Positions 1 to 13,159 of a stretch of 64,000 nucleotides of DNA are shown one piece after another. Source of the DNA: Phoronis australis. Taxonomy: Eukaryota > Animalia > Phoronida. Numbering within the stretch: the stretch's first letter is position 1; the number at the start of each line of letters is the position of its first letter. The stretch spans positions 465,894-529,893 of the forward strand of contig NMRA01000262.1 of assembly GCA_002633005.1 (NCBI GenBank), written 5' to 3'. The notes beneath the pieces are model-generated. The model had not been told where the DNA came from. It saw only the letters and a list, made by a program, of their open reading frames with translations, and did no database searches. The position numbers and the translations under genes are program-made.

Positions 1-1300
1 ATTTGTAGTGGCATATATGATTTCTTGTGTTTTACGTGTATATAAAAATGGTGATGCCGTAACTATAAGCAAGATACACGTACGATTTGTTACTTTCAGA
101 AGGTTAGACCTATCGACAATAGCTTCCATTTTTGAAGGTTTACTGACCATTGCATCGAAGTGCCATGTTTTAACCGCCCGTTTATCACAGGTACAATCAG
201 ATTGTGTGCAGTTGCCAGTACGACAGTAAAGATAATTTTTGAGAATTGTTCTTATTGAGTGATAAGGAGTTACTGGATTTAAGAATTTTATTTTTACTAA
301 ATAAATATTCAATGAATACTATTTAAGTTTCACTCCAAACATTCACTTCTGGTATCAAAATTGTATGTATAAACAAAAAGTGTAGCATCGGAACTAACTG
401 TTTGAATTTGTCATGAGCAATTATTTATTATATGACCTCAAGGGAGAACGGGATAAAACACAATGAATAAATGACAATAGACAGATTAAAATTAAATTAA
501 AAGGCTCTGGTGATAGCAAATGGTCATGAGAGAAGAGTCCAGACAACGAAAACGGTTGTCCCTGGGATTTGACGTTTTGTTAGGCTCACATTTTGAAAAT
601 ATATCCTCCGAACTAGCCGTTTACAACGTCTGGCTTCATCTCCACACCGATCAATGACAGTTAACAACTGCCAAAATGTGCCTCATGGTACAGTTACACC
701 ATTTGCTACCCACTTCTGATGCATAACCGTATCAACGTGCATCTGACCCCAACCCGCGATGTGTTTTGTTTTATGTGCATCAATTTCAGTTTAATCACCA
801 GTCGTCTCTTTATCTAACGCCATTATTTGTGTACTAGTCGTACGTCGCCATTACATGTATTTGTGTACTATTCGTACGTCACATTTGGTTATTGTGTTTC
901 CTGTCGCTGTTCTATAAAAATACAGACGTTCATGTAAGCCAAGTCGTCTTTTATTATTACTGGCGTAATGTGTCTTGCTCTTATGCCTCTCTGTTGTCTT
1001 TCATGTTTTGTCCATAGCCCATTGTTGTTAGGTTCTGAGTACAGGGCGTTGGGTACACTGGCTGGAATTAGGTATTCGCCAGTGGTTGGAGCGGGCTGTT
1101 CTGAGCAGGCTTCGTACTCTATAAGTGTTTTGGGCTGCATTTCGTATTGTATTTTCGTGTCTTTATACATTAGGTCAGTTTAGAGTAATTGTAGTTGCTA
1201 GTAAGACTAAGCTTCACAGTGTTCAGTAGTACAGTTACGCATACTGGTTTGATTTCACGAAAAAAGGTGATTTGTGTTTCAGGAGTCACTACTTTCTTAC

Positions 1301-1590
1301 CCTTGTCTTTCCTTCGTGATCTCCCAGGATAAGAAGTGTTGAAATCATTACGTCGTGCACTGCCGGCGGCGGTCGGCTGTATTGACGGAGTTCTGCTATG
1401 GTTGATTTGTCCATCGTCAGCATTGCGACTCTGTAGCTTTCAAGGCGATACAATGTTGCCAGTAGCTCCCTTGCGCGCGTTATTTCGGAACTAATTTGGG
1501 TATCACTGTCAGAAAGGCAACTTTCGTCTACGTCGTCTAGAGCATTTTGCAAAGTTCCTGCGTCGTGAGTCCGCTTAGCCTCTGCTAAAG
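1301..1590 (-). CDS. Internal exon 4 of uncharacterised membrane-anchored protein; helical domain with dynein-stalk-like motif
   Basis: Acceptor ttcttcttatag| (AG at 1591-1592, phase 1) and donor AGG|gtaaga (phase 0). Reads (A)LAEAKRTHDAGTLQNALDD...MDKSTIAELRQYSRPPPAVHDVMISTLLILGDHEGKTR. Phase matches exon 8165-8347. No further downstream exon recognised in the window. Confidence 0.8.
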
Positions 1591-1679
1591 CTATAAGAAG
1601 AACTGGTGAATTAACTTCGAAATATTTACCAATGTGTGATTTATTTTGACGTGCTGGGCCATCACTGATTATGTCAGGA

Positions 1680-2700
1680 TTTTATACAATGCAGGTACTT
1701 GAGATTTCTCTATTGCAACAATGCTAAGGTGATCTAGCAGGACATCACTTATATGTCTAAAAGTTTTAACCATTTTTGTTGCTGCCAAAGAAGAGGGGGG
1801 GTCTCTATGCAAAAGAGAAGCCAGTCGCCTTGAAGTAGTTCTAAATGTGGTCGTGCTCCCGAGTAGACTCCCATGCCACGTTGAATGGGTCCGCCACTGC
1901 TGTTTACAAGCTATCCACTTTTGAATATCTGAAGAAAAAGTATCAGAAACTGGTCCTGGGTGATGCAGACCAACGCTAAATACCATGTCTCGATAGGCAT
2001 CGATACCGTGCGCAATCGAGACGTTGATCTTATAATAATTTAATGTATTGACGATTGTGGAAACAAGATAAGCATACAGCTCCCCGTCAGGACCTTTGTG
2101 ATGGCTTTAGAAGGGTCTGTCAGGCTAGTGCTGATTGCAGTGAACCCCAAACCTTACTGTAGTCTTCGTGGGGTATTTCTTCAGGTGAAAACTAATACTC
2201 CCAAGGCATAAGCTGGAAGGGTGAGTTCGACACCAATCCATCCGAGGCAGTTGGGCCAGATTTGGAAGCTGGTGCTGATAAAGTGGAAATCACCGAGTCA
2301 ACTGATGTTTAAAGTGCTGATGAGACTGTCAAGAACCGCGTGGTGCCTAGTGTGGTTGACCATGGGTATCTATCATCCAGTGACACTGCCTCTTTTGTAG
2401 TAGATCTGAATGTCCCAGGGAGATGCAAACAAGCGACTGATCGCATACCAAGTCTACTATTTCAAAAATGGTCCTTTCTGGTTTTCATATTAAGATGCCT
2501 AATCATGAAGTGGGGCTTGAAATGTTGGCACGTTAATCTTTATCATGGTTTTCACCTGTCCTCCTGCAACAAACTTTGCATAGAGACAAGTTTTGTCTCC
2601 GATCCAAAAGCCTTACTGTAGTGGGAGCATGGTGCATGTTCCTCTAAACATCAAATTATATACCACTAGACCCGATAGCGACTTGGGACCAAGCGCAGGT
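1680..2700 (-). mobile_element. Possible degraded DIRS/Ngaro-like retroelement fragment
   Basis: Broken minus-strand fragments ITQDQFLILFLQIFKSG* and LSIVAIEK loosely resemble the DIRS RT N-terminus (WxxITxDxxxLxxIxxGY...LLxKxAIE). Weak match, boundaries approximate. Confidence 0.3.
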
Positions 2701-2959
2701 GTTTGGCACCTATAGACAATATTGTCAAGGCCACTGTCAGATTTCTATGACAGACTTTGCGACCTTATAAACCGATATCATCAAAGTAGTTTTACAAAAC
2801 CTATTTTGAGACTTAAACTTGGCTTTCCTAATTTTTTTAGTCTTAGACCTAACTTGCATTTCACGAACTCGGTTTAAAAGTCTGAAAGCCTGGTTTTATT
2901 AGACTTTGTGAGGAGTTTTAGTAAAACTAAGTTTAAAGTATCCAAGGCACACTACTGTT

Positions 2960-4790
2960 TCTATTTGGACTAACTCTTCAAAGAAATTATTGAAGTTCGT
3001 CAATGAAACCATGATCCTATAGCTATGAATGAGTACTGACATTTGCAGCTGGGTCCGTTACCAATAAAAGGAGTCAGGAAAAGTGTGAAATATATATCAA
3101 GAGAAATAGGGTTTCCTCAACGAAATGATTAGAGAAAAAGCCAATGATAGAGGTAGCAAGAAAACAGGCACCAAATGAAACCAACGTTACCAGCAGACTA
3201 GGACAGACGTTAGTCCAGCGAGGCTAAAGAGTTACCGCTTTCGAAAAATGCAATGTGAAGCAGTTAAATGACGCCCTAAAACACTCAAAACTGAAGGACT
3301 AAAATGTGCGAAGCCAAACGGTGAGGATTAACCATATCATGGGAGGGCTCAAGCTGTTAATTTGTGTTACCGGTGGCCAACACACCACTACATGAAAAGG
3401 TGGCACATCAAGGTGTTACTTTCCTCTATCACCTTTCGTGGAAACCTCATGTGATGAACAGAATCACTAAACCTAAGTCAGCTTTAATGAGGTGTTCTCG
3501 TGTGGTGGGTAAAACTTGGAGATTTATCTCCCAAGATTACGTTATGGGTCTAGATTGGTCTTGTCTGGCCTATTTTAGTATATACTAATCATATCTCTTG
3601 ACCAAAGCACCACCAAATAAAACCTAACACAATCACTGTAACAGTGTTTACATGTACCTTGCATGTGTGTTACTTGTGCGTTTCCAGGAACACCCGCTGC
3701 TGCAATATAAGTGGTTATTGGCTTGTAAAATTGTACCTACAGTTTACAGTATGAGGTGTAATAGATATGCAAATTACCGTATGATATCGAATGGAATAGG
3801 GCTCAAATCAGTGATACTGTAGCACTTTTACTTTCCCGACCTCAAAGATAAAGACAAGCAGACTTAGATATCAGTCAGTAATAATGCAACAGTTTTAGGC
3901 CATCCAATCTGGCTGTTGACTAGAGAGAATTGCGCAGTTCTTAGTAACCAGGAGGTCTGGATCTGCATGGATACTTTTGCATGGTGAAGCAGAAATTAAG
4001 GCTCTAAACAGCCTAAATCAGCTCAAGGTGTGCTCGGACTTGCGTGGATGAGCTCAATTTAATGACAATAAATATTACGATACATGTCAACTGGGTCAAA
4101 GGTCATGTTGGCATTGATGGTAGTGAAGCTGCTGATTACCTTGTAAAGCAAGGAGCAAGGACACCATGTTTGCACCAGAACTCTACATACCATTCTCATA
4201 CCAGTATTGCAAGGCAACGGTAAACCGTGGGTTTATAAATTGTGAGCGGTTGCATGGAGGATGTCCTCCACCTGCATGGAAATCAAACGTATAAGTACCA
4301 TAGAGCCGAGAGGTTCCAAGCGATTGTTATGCTCAGATAGGCTGGCTAATCGGCAGGTGAATACTAGGCACTGCAACTTATCTCGGCGCCAAAACGCCAC
4401 AGGTTGTGTGGCTTGTTCAAACTGCCCTAATTGCGGCTTGGAAGCTGAGACTCCCCAAGGTATCAAGGTATCAAGGTCTTCGCAACCATCTGCTAGATGA
4501 GCAAATAACTTGCCCGGAAGAAATCGCCAGATCGAGCATGTACAATAACTTTTATAATTTCCTGACAAAACCGAAAGATCAGAAGACTTTACTCACGAAG
4601 AGCCCCGTGCTAAGAGATCTTCTTGAGTCCTAATCAGGTGGTTAGTGCAATGGGCCAAAATGAGTGGCCTAAGAGCGCCTGGAGTACCACAGAAGGCATC
4701 GGGTCACCTGACCACTTTTAGCAGGCGGACTGGACCCTCGTTCTAGTCGCGCTTGACAGACCAAAAAACTTGTATGTAAAAGATTATTAA
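2960..4790 (+). mobile_element. Degraded non-LTR retrotransposon with RNase H (R1/LOA/I group)
   Basis: Frameshifted RNase H motifs AEIKAL (~3990) and WVKGHVGIDGSEAADYL (~4093-4143), then a Cys-rich C-terminal remnant (RHCNL...CPNCGLEAETP). Many stops; ends approximate. Confidence 0.65.
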
Positions 4791-5346
4791 CAAAACAAGT
4801 TTCAAGTGAAATTATATATAAGATACAGAAACAATATGAGTCATAGACCAAAAGACGTTCCTCGGTGGTCAGGCAGTGTCGTCTCAGGACCTTAAGCACC
4901 TACGCATCCATCACTAGTACAATATTTGTATCCTCAGACATTCTGGGGAAATTCATTAACGTGCCACAAATAACATGCATTAGAAACCTTTGAAGGTGAG
5001 CCCCTTTTGCTGTGATGGGTAGACGAAAAAACATTACGTTCGAGTTTATTCTTCATAGGTGCAATCATCTCATGATGAACACGAAAGGTCACGAGATTGA
5101 ATGTCGAATGATTCTCAAAAATCTTCACTACATTTACCTTGTCATCGTATCCTAGCAACATTACAACCGTTGAACTGGTTGGTCAATGAGGCTTACATGT
5201 GCAATGGTTGGATAGAATTCAATATTTCCGTTACACAAACGGACAGATACATCAACATAAATCGAATTGCTAGGTACACGTGAGTGGAAGTCAGTTAACG
5301 GACGTGGTTTGCTTGCAAAGATCGATATCTCATGCGAAGGCAAACT

Positions 5347-7350
5347 TAAGAGGCATCTATATAAAAACAGTAGATTTTCAAAAATCAGTCTATACGGCAA
5401 AATTCAAAACAACTTCATTTTTTGTATAGGGATAGGTATCCTAACAAAAATCTAAATGCCACATTTTGTGCACTTAACGACCCCTAATTTTGTCTCTGAA
5501 GCACTAGACCACAATTGGTCATATTAGTTGTCTCAGAATTGGTTTTTTAGCAATGAGTAACTTACAAAGTAGATTGAATGTTGTACTTTAGTGGCTGGAA
5601 TAACCAATGTATACTGTAAATATTTATTTGGCATTTACTCAGATTTGACGGCTTTGAGCTAGACAGGGGAGATAATTCACATACCACTTTCCTAGCTAAA
5701 TTTAGTGGCCGTTTTTGTGAGATTTAATGAAAATTGTCTTGCAAAACTGTCGATTTTGGAAATGAGGAGCACAGACAAATTGAACGAAACTTTGAACAAT
5801 AAATCTGCTTTAAATTATTATTTCATGATTTGACAACTGCAGGTCAATTAAATGGAAATCAATCCTTTTAAAGTTCGAAATTGAAAGAACTGTTATTTGT
5901 AAAGACTGGTTTTGAGGCTATTATTTTGTTAAGAAAAAATGAAGAACGAAGGCCATTTCTATTCATTTAGGAGTTTTTATCGAATAAGTGCCATCACAAA
6001 GTCTTTGATAAAGACACAGAATGCAGAATTTTAGGGGGGCATGGCTCCCTTGGCCCCTCTGAATCCGCCACTGGATCCGTTCAGTGGCGTAACGAGCACC
6101 TCTTTCCCCCCGTCGACATCTCACTAAAGTGGCCCCCCACCCCCGGTAATTGGTAGCTGTGTAAACCCCCAGTGAACAGGTGCCTCCCTTTGACGACACA
6201 TGTTTAGCACCCCCCGCCCCCTTCCCCTTCGGCATCTAACCCCACTTGCTTCGGCACAGAGTCAGTCGCTCGGTGTGTTATGAAGTCCAGACCGTTGTGT
6301 TGAAGTGTGTTCACGTAACGTCAGTCATGAACTGAGTCATTAATTAAAATTGTCTAGCACGAATTTTCTCTTGATCTCGAATGTATGTCGTTTCATGTCG
6401 TTAATGATCGCACTGTCAGAATTATTCAACGTTGGGGTGGTCGGCGACCGGTGTGGAGATTAAAATTCGAAGCAACCTGCAGGGACATTACATTATGAAT
6501 TTTTTCGAAGATGAAGAAATTTTTGCCACAACTCCCTACCTGCCTATGCCAGTGGCTCTCACATCAAAGATACAAACACGAGTAAGGCAAATGTGACTGG
6601 TAGTTGCGTCCACAGTGTCCAGGTAAATGGACAGCGGCGCCATCTATTATTTAGACAAAGCACTCATGCCTATCACAATTTATGTACATAATTTTTTGTA
6701 ATAAGCAATAATCATCAGTGTGGTTTTCAGGGAATGGTAATTAGTAATACTGTCTGCTTTTTCTCTAAAGTACATGCTTTTTACGTCGTTTTTTGCAAGC
6801 TAATTACACGTTTCGAGAGGCCCCCTATTGATGGTTGAGGTAACCGAGAACAGGCAAATAGGACGAAGTGCTGTGCGTGTAATGCTTCGTAAGCAAACAC
6901 TACGAAGAGGCAAGATTTCTTATTTTAGATTATGACGAGGTTAGGATTGGCCAAACAATTTAGTATAAGCTCAGGTTTTGAAAAGATGCAATATGGCTGC
7001 TACAGAGTGCCAAATTTGGCCGAAAATAGCTTCAATAAAAACCTCCAAAACAGACATTTTTGCCACACAAAATCAAAGTATACAAATTTGAAAATAAATT
7101 GCGCCATTATATTATAGTCTTTTGAAACCGTATCACTCATTTGTTATCAGCTAGCTATACATGCTAGCAAAATGCATTCAAACACGTCTACTTCGGCGCC
7201 CAATTTTGTCGCAAAACAGAAGTGCATGCCACAAAAAGAGAAATAATGGATGGAAATTCTTAAAAAAGAGATTTTTTTACATCTCACCAAACGAAACTCA
7301 TGTGCTAAGTCTCAAAAATCTGTGATTATGTGTATAGACTCCACCTGTTG
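5347..7350. mobile_element. Non-autonomous DNA transposon, ~2 kb (Kolobok-like), copy 1
   Basis: Begins ttaagaggcatctatataaaaacagtagattttcaaaaatc. Colinear diverged reverse-complement copy at ~27830-30125. Termini are imperfect inverted repeats. Superfamily is an inference from the TTAA flank. Confidence 0.6.
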
Positions 7351-7477
7351 GGTTTTATATGGAGTCACTCTTAATTTCTCCAGAATTGTAAGAAACTACA
7401 TGTAACAGTTTACGGAACACAGTCCAGCTTTCTTTAATTGCCGGAGGTTGCACTAGGGTGTCTTGTAACAAACACTG

Positions 7478-7760
7478 CAGTGGCGGATCTTGAATACCAT
7501 AAGAAGAGCCCAACATGTTGACTCGGGCAATTGGGCAAAGCGCCACTGCATGCGCACAGCCGGCCTGAAAGTTGCGGAACATGAATCGAAGGACTAAAAA
7601 AAACGGGGACACGATTCCAGTCTGCGCTCAGATCCCCTCCTCATCCGCTACCGTATCTAGTTACTGAACTCAATGATTCCTCACCCTTCACGTTGTTGCT
7701 GTTTCACTTTGCTTGCGGCAGCCAAGGGGGGGGGGGCTGACCCCCCTAAATCCGCCTGTG
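7478..7760. mobile_element. hAT-type MITE
   Basis: cagtggcggatc...cccccctaaatccgcctgtg inverted termini. Related sequence at ~56690-56950; similar termini near 6060 and 52816. Confidence 0.5.
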
Positions 7761-8164
7761 CACTGTAGCACGGACGTCCTATATATGACGAGTGCGATGA
7801 CATATGCCGTCAACATGAACATACGTCGCCGCTCGAGCGACAACGCATGTCACAAAAGTATGCCAAAGTATTGTGTATGGAGGATTATTAACCGCAGGTT
7901 ACTCAGGGGAATGCTACCTTGGACTCACTTCGTATCCCAGAAGATTATTCTAGTTTCGTAAGTAAGCATCGCTACCAATCAAAACAAGAGTCCTCCACAT
8001 TTTCTTGTTTACACTGAGTTAGTCAGTGTTACTCTATATTCCTTGTTTACAGTGACACAGTCAGTGTAACTGCTCATCTAGTTACTGCACTTTTCACCAA
8101 TATTTGTACATCTTCCTATACTATGCGTTCGCTTATACTGCTCTACGGAACTGTTTGACATTAC

Positions 8165-8347
8165 CATCTCTTATTGTGAGATATTTCAACATCTTCGTGG
8201 CTTCCTGGACATCGACCAGACCGATGTCCTTGTCGGGATGCTCCTGTAAATACTTATTACAGAGGGGGAGCAGCTCTTTTATGTCGTCCCGTTTCGACAA
8301 CTGAATAGCCATACCCAGGTTCTTCTTCAACACACTTCCGTAGTAGT
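8165..8347 (-). CDS. Internal exon 3 of the membrane-anchored protein
   Basis: Acceptor gttgttgcag| and donor G|gtaat; 183 nt, phase 1 to 1. (D)YYGSVLKKNLGMAIQLSKRDDIKELLPLCNKYLQEHPDKDIGLVDVQEATKMLKYLTIRD. Confidence 0.75.
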
Positions 8348-8423
8348 CTGCAACAACAATTTCCAAGTTAAGTATTTTGGTAAATGAGGGCACCTTAATG
8401 TTCTAAGAGGAGTTACGTTGTTA

Positions 8424-8716
8424 GTGAGTTGCATAAAACTTCAAACTTATCCGTTGGATAAGTTGGATTGTGCATGTCGTCAGGTGCATTGTTCAACAAA
8501 AACAACGTGACGTGTGATAATGTGACGCCATTGTTGCTATACGGCGTATAACTTGTATGCAACTGGGCCCAGTTGCATAAACGTTATACGCCGTATAGCA
8601 ACAATGACGTCGCATTATCACGCGTCACGTTATTTTTGTTGAACAATGCACCTGACGTCATGCAACAATCTAACTTATCCAGCGGATAACTTTTGAAGCT
8701 TTATGCAACTCAGCCC
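8424..8716. repeat. Foldback palindrome / head-to-head MITE pair
   Basis: About 145-bp arms inverted around atgcaactgggcccagttgcat (~8557-8578) with no spacer. Related ends at ~10795 and ~48103. Confidence 0.85.
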
Positions 8717-9182
8717 TGGAGTTTAAATTGTCTAAGGACAACAGCATAGACACGAGCATGGGACCATATTCAAATTGGAGGTACAATTCAATGACCCGAC
8801 TTAGAAATGGATTGGTCTGATCACAACACTGGAGTGGCAGAATCCTTTGTAAAATATAGCAACAGCAGATCAATACTTTGTCCGGGCTCGGTGTCTGTTA
8901 CACGTACTTGCATTCAACAAATGCGTGAACACTATATATTAAGTACGTTGGGTGCCCGCACACGAAACAAATACAATGCAAAGTCGCTTTCAATTAGACT
9001 AGCTCTTCCAAGCGTGTTTGCTTAAATGTCGAACCACGGGTTGAAAGGTTGGTTAATAAACCGAAAATATTTTTCTGTGGGTTTCATATTCCATTGTGAA
9101 TGAAAATTTTCACCAAGCACTGCACGGCCTTCAACAACAGCAACTGTGAAAGCCGTCTTGTATTCAACCTAAGACAACTTAC

Positions 9183-9234
9183 CAAGACTTGGAATCATTG
9201 CTCCTACACTAGCTTCATGTGAATCACGACGATC
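9183..9234 (-). CDS. Small exon 2 of the membrane-anchored protein
   Basis: Acceptor attactatag| and donor G|gtaagt; 52 nt, DRRDSHEASVGAMIPSL. Bridges the phase 0 donor at 9371 to the phase 1 acceptor at 8347. Confidence 0.65.
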
Positions 9235-9370
9235 CTATAGTAATGATGGAATAAGTAGAAGTTGTCAAGAAATTTTGGTTATCAAGTCGTATGCAGTGAA
9301 ACAGAATTCATGCCGAAAACGAAAGCCCATTATTAAAACATGTGTGTAATAGGGAAAATATGACACCAAC

Positions 9371-10342
9371 CTGCGAAAGATGAGATTTTAGATCTTGAAA
9401 GAACTCAACGGGTAAAATGGCACGTTTCGGATTAGAAGTGGAGACGTTGGCACTCAGCGTGTCACTGGATTCGTTTTCTTCGCAGAGAGCTTCTAATTCT
9501 TTATCCCAGCTATCTGAGAAATCTTCTACTTCGTCATCACATTCATCTTGTGATTGCTCCATCAAGGGATATGTTTTTTCGCCATAACAGCCGCACAGGT
9601 ATGCTTTACTCTCATCTTTATCCGTATCGACACTCTGTTGAAAGTATGACATGTCCAAATTCCCTGAACATTCCGTCGTACTTGGTAACTTTTCTTGACG
9701 CCGGAGTGAGTGCGAAGTCTCTGGCCAAATTTCGTCAGACATTTTTTCCGGGTGACTCTCTTTATGAGTGGACACCAGACTATGTGACAATGTTCTTTGC
9801 GAGCTGAGATCGCGTGATGTCCAACACGATTCGATGTCATTAGCATAATCCTGTGATAAACTTTCACATGCTTCCCCCCTATTACTAACACGCATTTGTT
9901 CCATACCATCCCTCTTTCCACGAGCTTCTCCACCGTCAGAGCTCTTCTCGTATTTGCTAACTGAATTAAACATTACAGGTTCAACGATCGCATGATGCCC
10001 ATCCTGTGCCTCGTTACACTGAGATCTTCGCTGTTCCAGAACATCAATTCCACTGTCGTCTCTCATGCACTCTTCAGAACATCGTAAGTTTCCATCATCA
10101 AGTGCAAGTCTTACGTGTGAATTCGTGTTGATTCCATTTGCACTCATCACACCTCGACTCAGTTGTGGAACCTCATGCTCATCGTTAGATATCTGGTTCA
10201 CGTGAACCTTTTTCTTAACGAAGAGTTTGAAAGCAAATGCCCCCACCAACGCTGCCACTATAGCCAGGCCGATGACCGTGAGCGCAATCGCGGTGTTTGA
10301 AGAATCATCACGGCCCGGCGTGTTCTGTAACCCGTAGGACCT
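9371..10342 (-). CDS. Large exon: TM helix plus long acidic/Ser-rich disordered region
   Basis: Open 972 nt from acceptor aacttttcag| to donor CAG|gttggt. Encodes TAIALTVIGLAIVAALVGAFAF followed by KLFVKKK (TM helix + basic stop-transfer). No ATG before the TM, so an upstream exon is required. Confidence 0.8.
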
Positions 10343-13159
10343 CTGAAAAGTTATGGTATTATTGATTGCGGACGCTAAACGGATTGGAAATGTATTTCTG
10401 CGTTAATTTTTTGTTCCCCAATCTTATTTTTTGGATTTTGACGGTAATTGTTATAATCAAAAAGCATTGGTTTAATATGGCGGCTGATGGATAATATTGA
10501 TGCACAACACATTTGCACATGCCGTCGAAATAGAAGACAAATTGAACATCTGAGCATAGATTATAGTCGGCCACCAACTCAGCATATTTTCATTGAACAA
10601 AATCTCACGCACAAGCCGTGACGTCACTATTTCCTAGAGATACTTTCAAAACCAGGCAGTTTTACTTCCGTCGTTTGCTAATTATGTTTTTCCGTCGGTA
10701 TTCGGATCGGCGGTTTTGCCAAACTCACACCAGTGCTTAAATTAATTGAACGCTCTTAAATAAAATTCATATTAGAACTCTAGAAATAACCACCTGGACC
10801 TGGTTGCATAAAAGTCTGTATAACTATTCAGCTGATAAGACATTATACGGCGAATAAGATTTATACAGCGGATACTTATCTGGGTTATAAATTTGGGTTG
10901 CACAAATCTTGCATAAAGTTCGGATACCTATCTGGCGGATATCTATGTTATCCGTCGGATAGCAAAAAGGATACCATATGAGGCAATACCCATAATTTTT
11001 GTAACCATTGTAAAGACAACATGACTGACGCACGAAGAAGGTCAACTAATTGGACAAAAAATGAGAACAACCTTGTTACTGAACTTGCTACGTCATATGT
11101 ACAAGTAATTTTAATTACAATTAAAATTGCAAGTTCAATCAGAAGATGACAAAGCTGGAGAAGAACTCTGTTTGGGAGGGAACTGCGCAAAAATACAAAC
11201 CTCGGGTCTGAAAAGGTCTTCCTATGATGCCAAATAGAAGTGCAGACACATGGTGTTTGGGGCGAGAGCTTCGCAGAATCATCTACATGTATGTAAAGAA
11301 CTGAGAAGAACGGGAGGAGTCTTTGATACCTTATCAACAAGTCATGTGAAAAGTAGAGAACTTTCTGATGTAGAAAGTTCTCTACTTTTCACTTTTCTTA
11401 AAAAATGAAACACACAACTCTTTTAAGTATTCAAGAGTTATTTGCTACGTGGCATTCATTGTTTTGAAAAAATAGGTCAATCAACAATGGAATTTTGTCA
11501 AGGGCCACAGTTGTCGAAATAGCCACATATCAAAAACGTAGATCAGTTAGGGTATTGATTAGGATAATTTCCTGCTTGTGATCTATACGGTTCATCATTG
11601 TGGATTTGAAACTTCACATGATACAACAGCACAAATGTTTAAAACTTGAAAAAGTTTATTTTTTTTAATGAAGTGTCAAGCGAAAAGAGCATATTTAGTA
11701 TAGGGAGCCTCTGTTTGAGATATCCTCTTGTTTGAAGCTAAGACATCTGGTTCAATATTGATTACCAAGTTATTTACATCACCTCCATTTGGCGAAGTGG
11801 GCAAAAAGGTCCGCCCCAGAGAAACAGAAAGTCCGAGAAAACGAGACAAAAGTCCACAGGAATTCGCCACAAATGCACAATTCATAGGTCTGAACGAAGT
11901 TACCCGTTTTTTTTATTTTAGCCTCCGTTTTTATTCTTTTCACTATAAGGTTCACATACTGAAAAATTCGAAACCCCCGCCTATTCACCTATTTCACGAA
12001 AGCGCCATCTTCCCGCGCCATCTTTAAATACTGATCGAAAACGAGGCACACTGATAAAACCTCGTGAGCGGTCATCAGCTGGCCTTGATGGTGTACTGTG
12101 CAGTGCCTGAACGTACCAATTCCAACTCGTCGGTATCCTTCCCAGGGATATACTTAGCCACTCGCCCAGTCGCCAATGCGAGTAAAAATGGTGCTGGGCG
12201 AGTAGAAGTTGACTTGCCGGTCGCCCTGGTGGCGAGCGAATTTCAAAGCNACTGATGACACGCACGCGCTCGCTCACTCGGTGCACACCTGTTGACTCAA
12301 GTTCAATACAAACGTCACGTGACAACAACATATGTGTTCGTCCAGATTTTTCTCGTTGCCGGGTGCGATCTAGCGCAGATTTTAACTTAATCTGCGGTTA
12401 ATACCGACTCCGAGTCCACAGGAACTTAAGAATCTTAGGACAGGATATTTGGAAAACTTAAGCAGGATTTGAGGCAATTTGAGTCGAAACTATTTTTACT
12501 CAATTCAAGTTGTCCTATCGACGATCGCGAAGCAGCGACGCATCAGTCGGCAAGTTTTCGCCCTGGGATTTCAGCACATTTTTTTTAAAGATTAACAACA
12601 GAGTTTGATAGCAATGCACCACAGTTTTGTAGAAAGTCTGTCATAGGTTACACATACGTCACAGCGGAGACCGGGTTTTAACCGCCGTGGGCTACAAAAA
12701 GCGTCCCCCTGGGCGCTAATTATTAGGGCAAGAATACGGTAGCCCTAATAGATGGTGACGTCAGTGCACGAAACGATCATTTTTATTTAAACTATTAGCA
12801 AGTTTGTGGTGACTGGCGCCAACGGCCGGGTGACTGAACTTCGGGCGAGTAGATTTTCTGGCTCCGGCACTCGCCCAGCTGGCGAGCAGGATTTTTCAAG
12901 ACTAAAAGCCTGGGTAAATCCCTGACTTCCACACTTTTCCAAAAAGGGAAAACTATGGAGGAATGGCTGAGGAGGGTAAAAGTCTAGTTTCCGTGCGTAT
13001 TGGAATGTTTTCGGAGATAGATTCAACATCAGAAAACTTGATTTTTGGTAACGTTGATAAGGATTTTGACCACACCACCTTGCAGGACGATGCCATGTTT
13101 GTCAAGGCGCCTCGTTTTCGATCAACACGACAGCAGCGCCCCGCGTTCGTGAAATAGGT

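Noticed and set aside
889-1183. Overlapping ORFs 889-1170 (-) and 968-1183 (+)
   Set aside because: No splice-compatible link to the 1301 donor and no recognisable domain; treated as intronic.
8670-8873. Possible extra exon of the TM gene
   Set aside because: In the phase required by the preceding exon it hits a stop after 14 codons, while skipping it preserves the frame. At most an alternative terminal exon.
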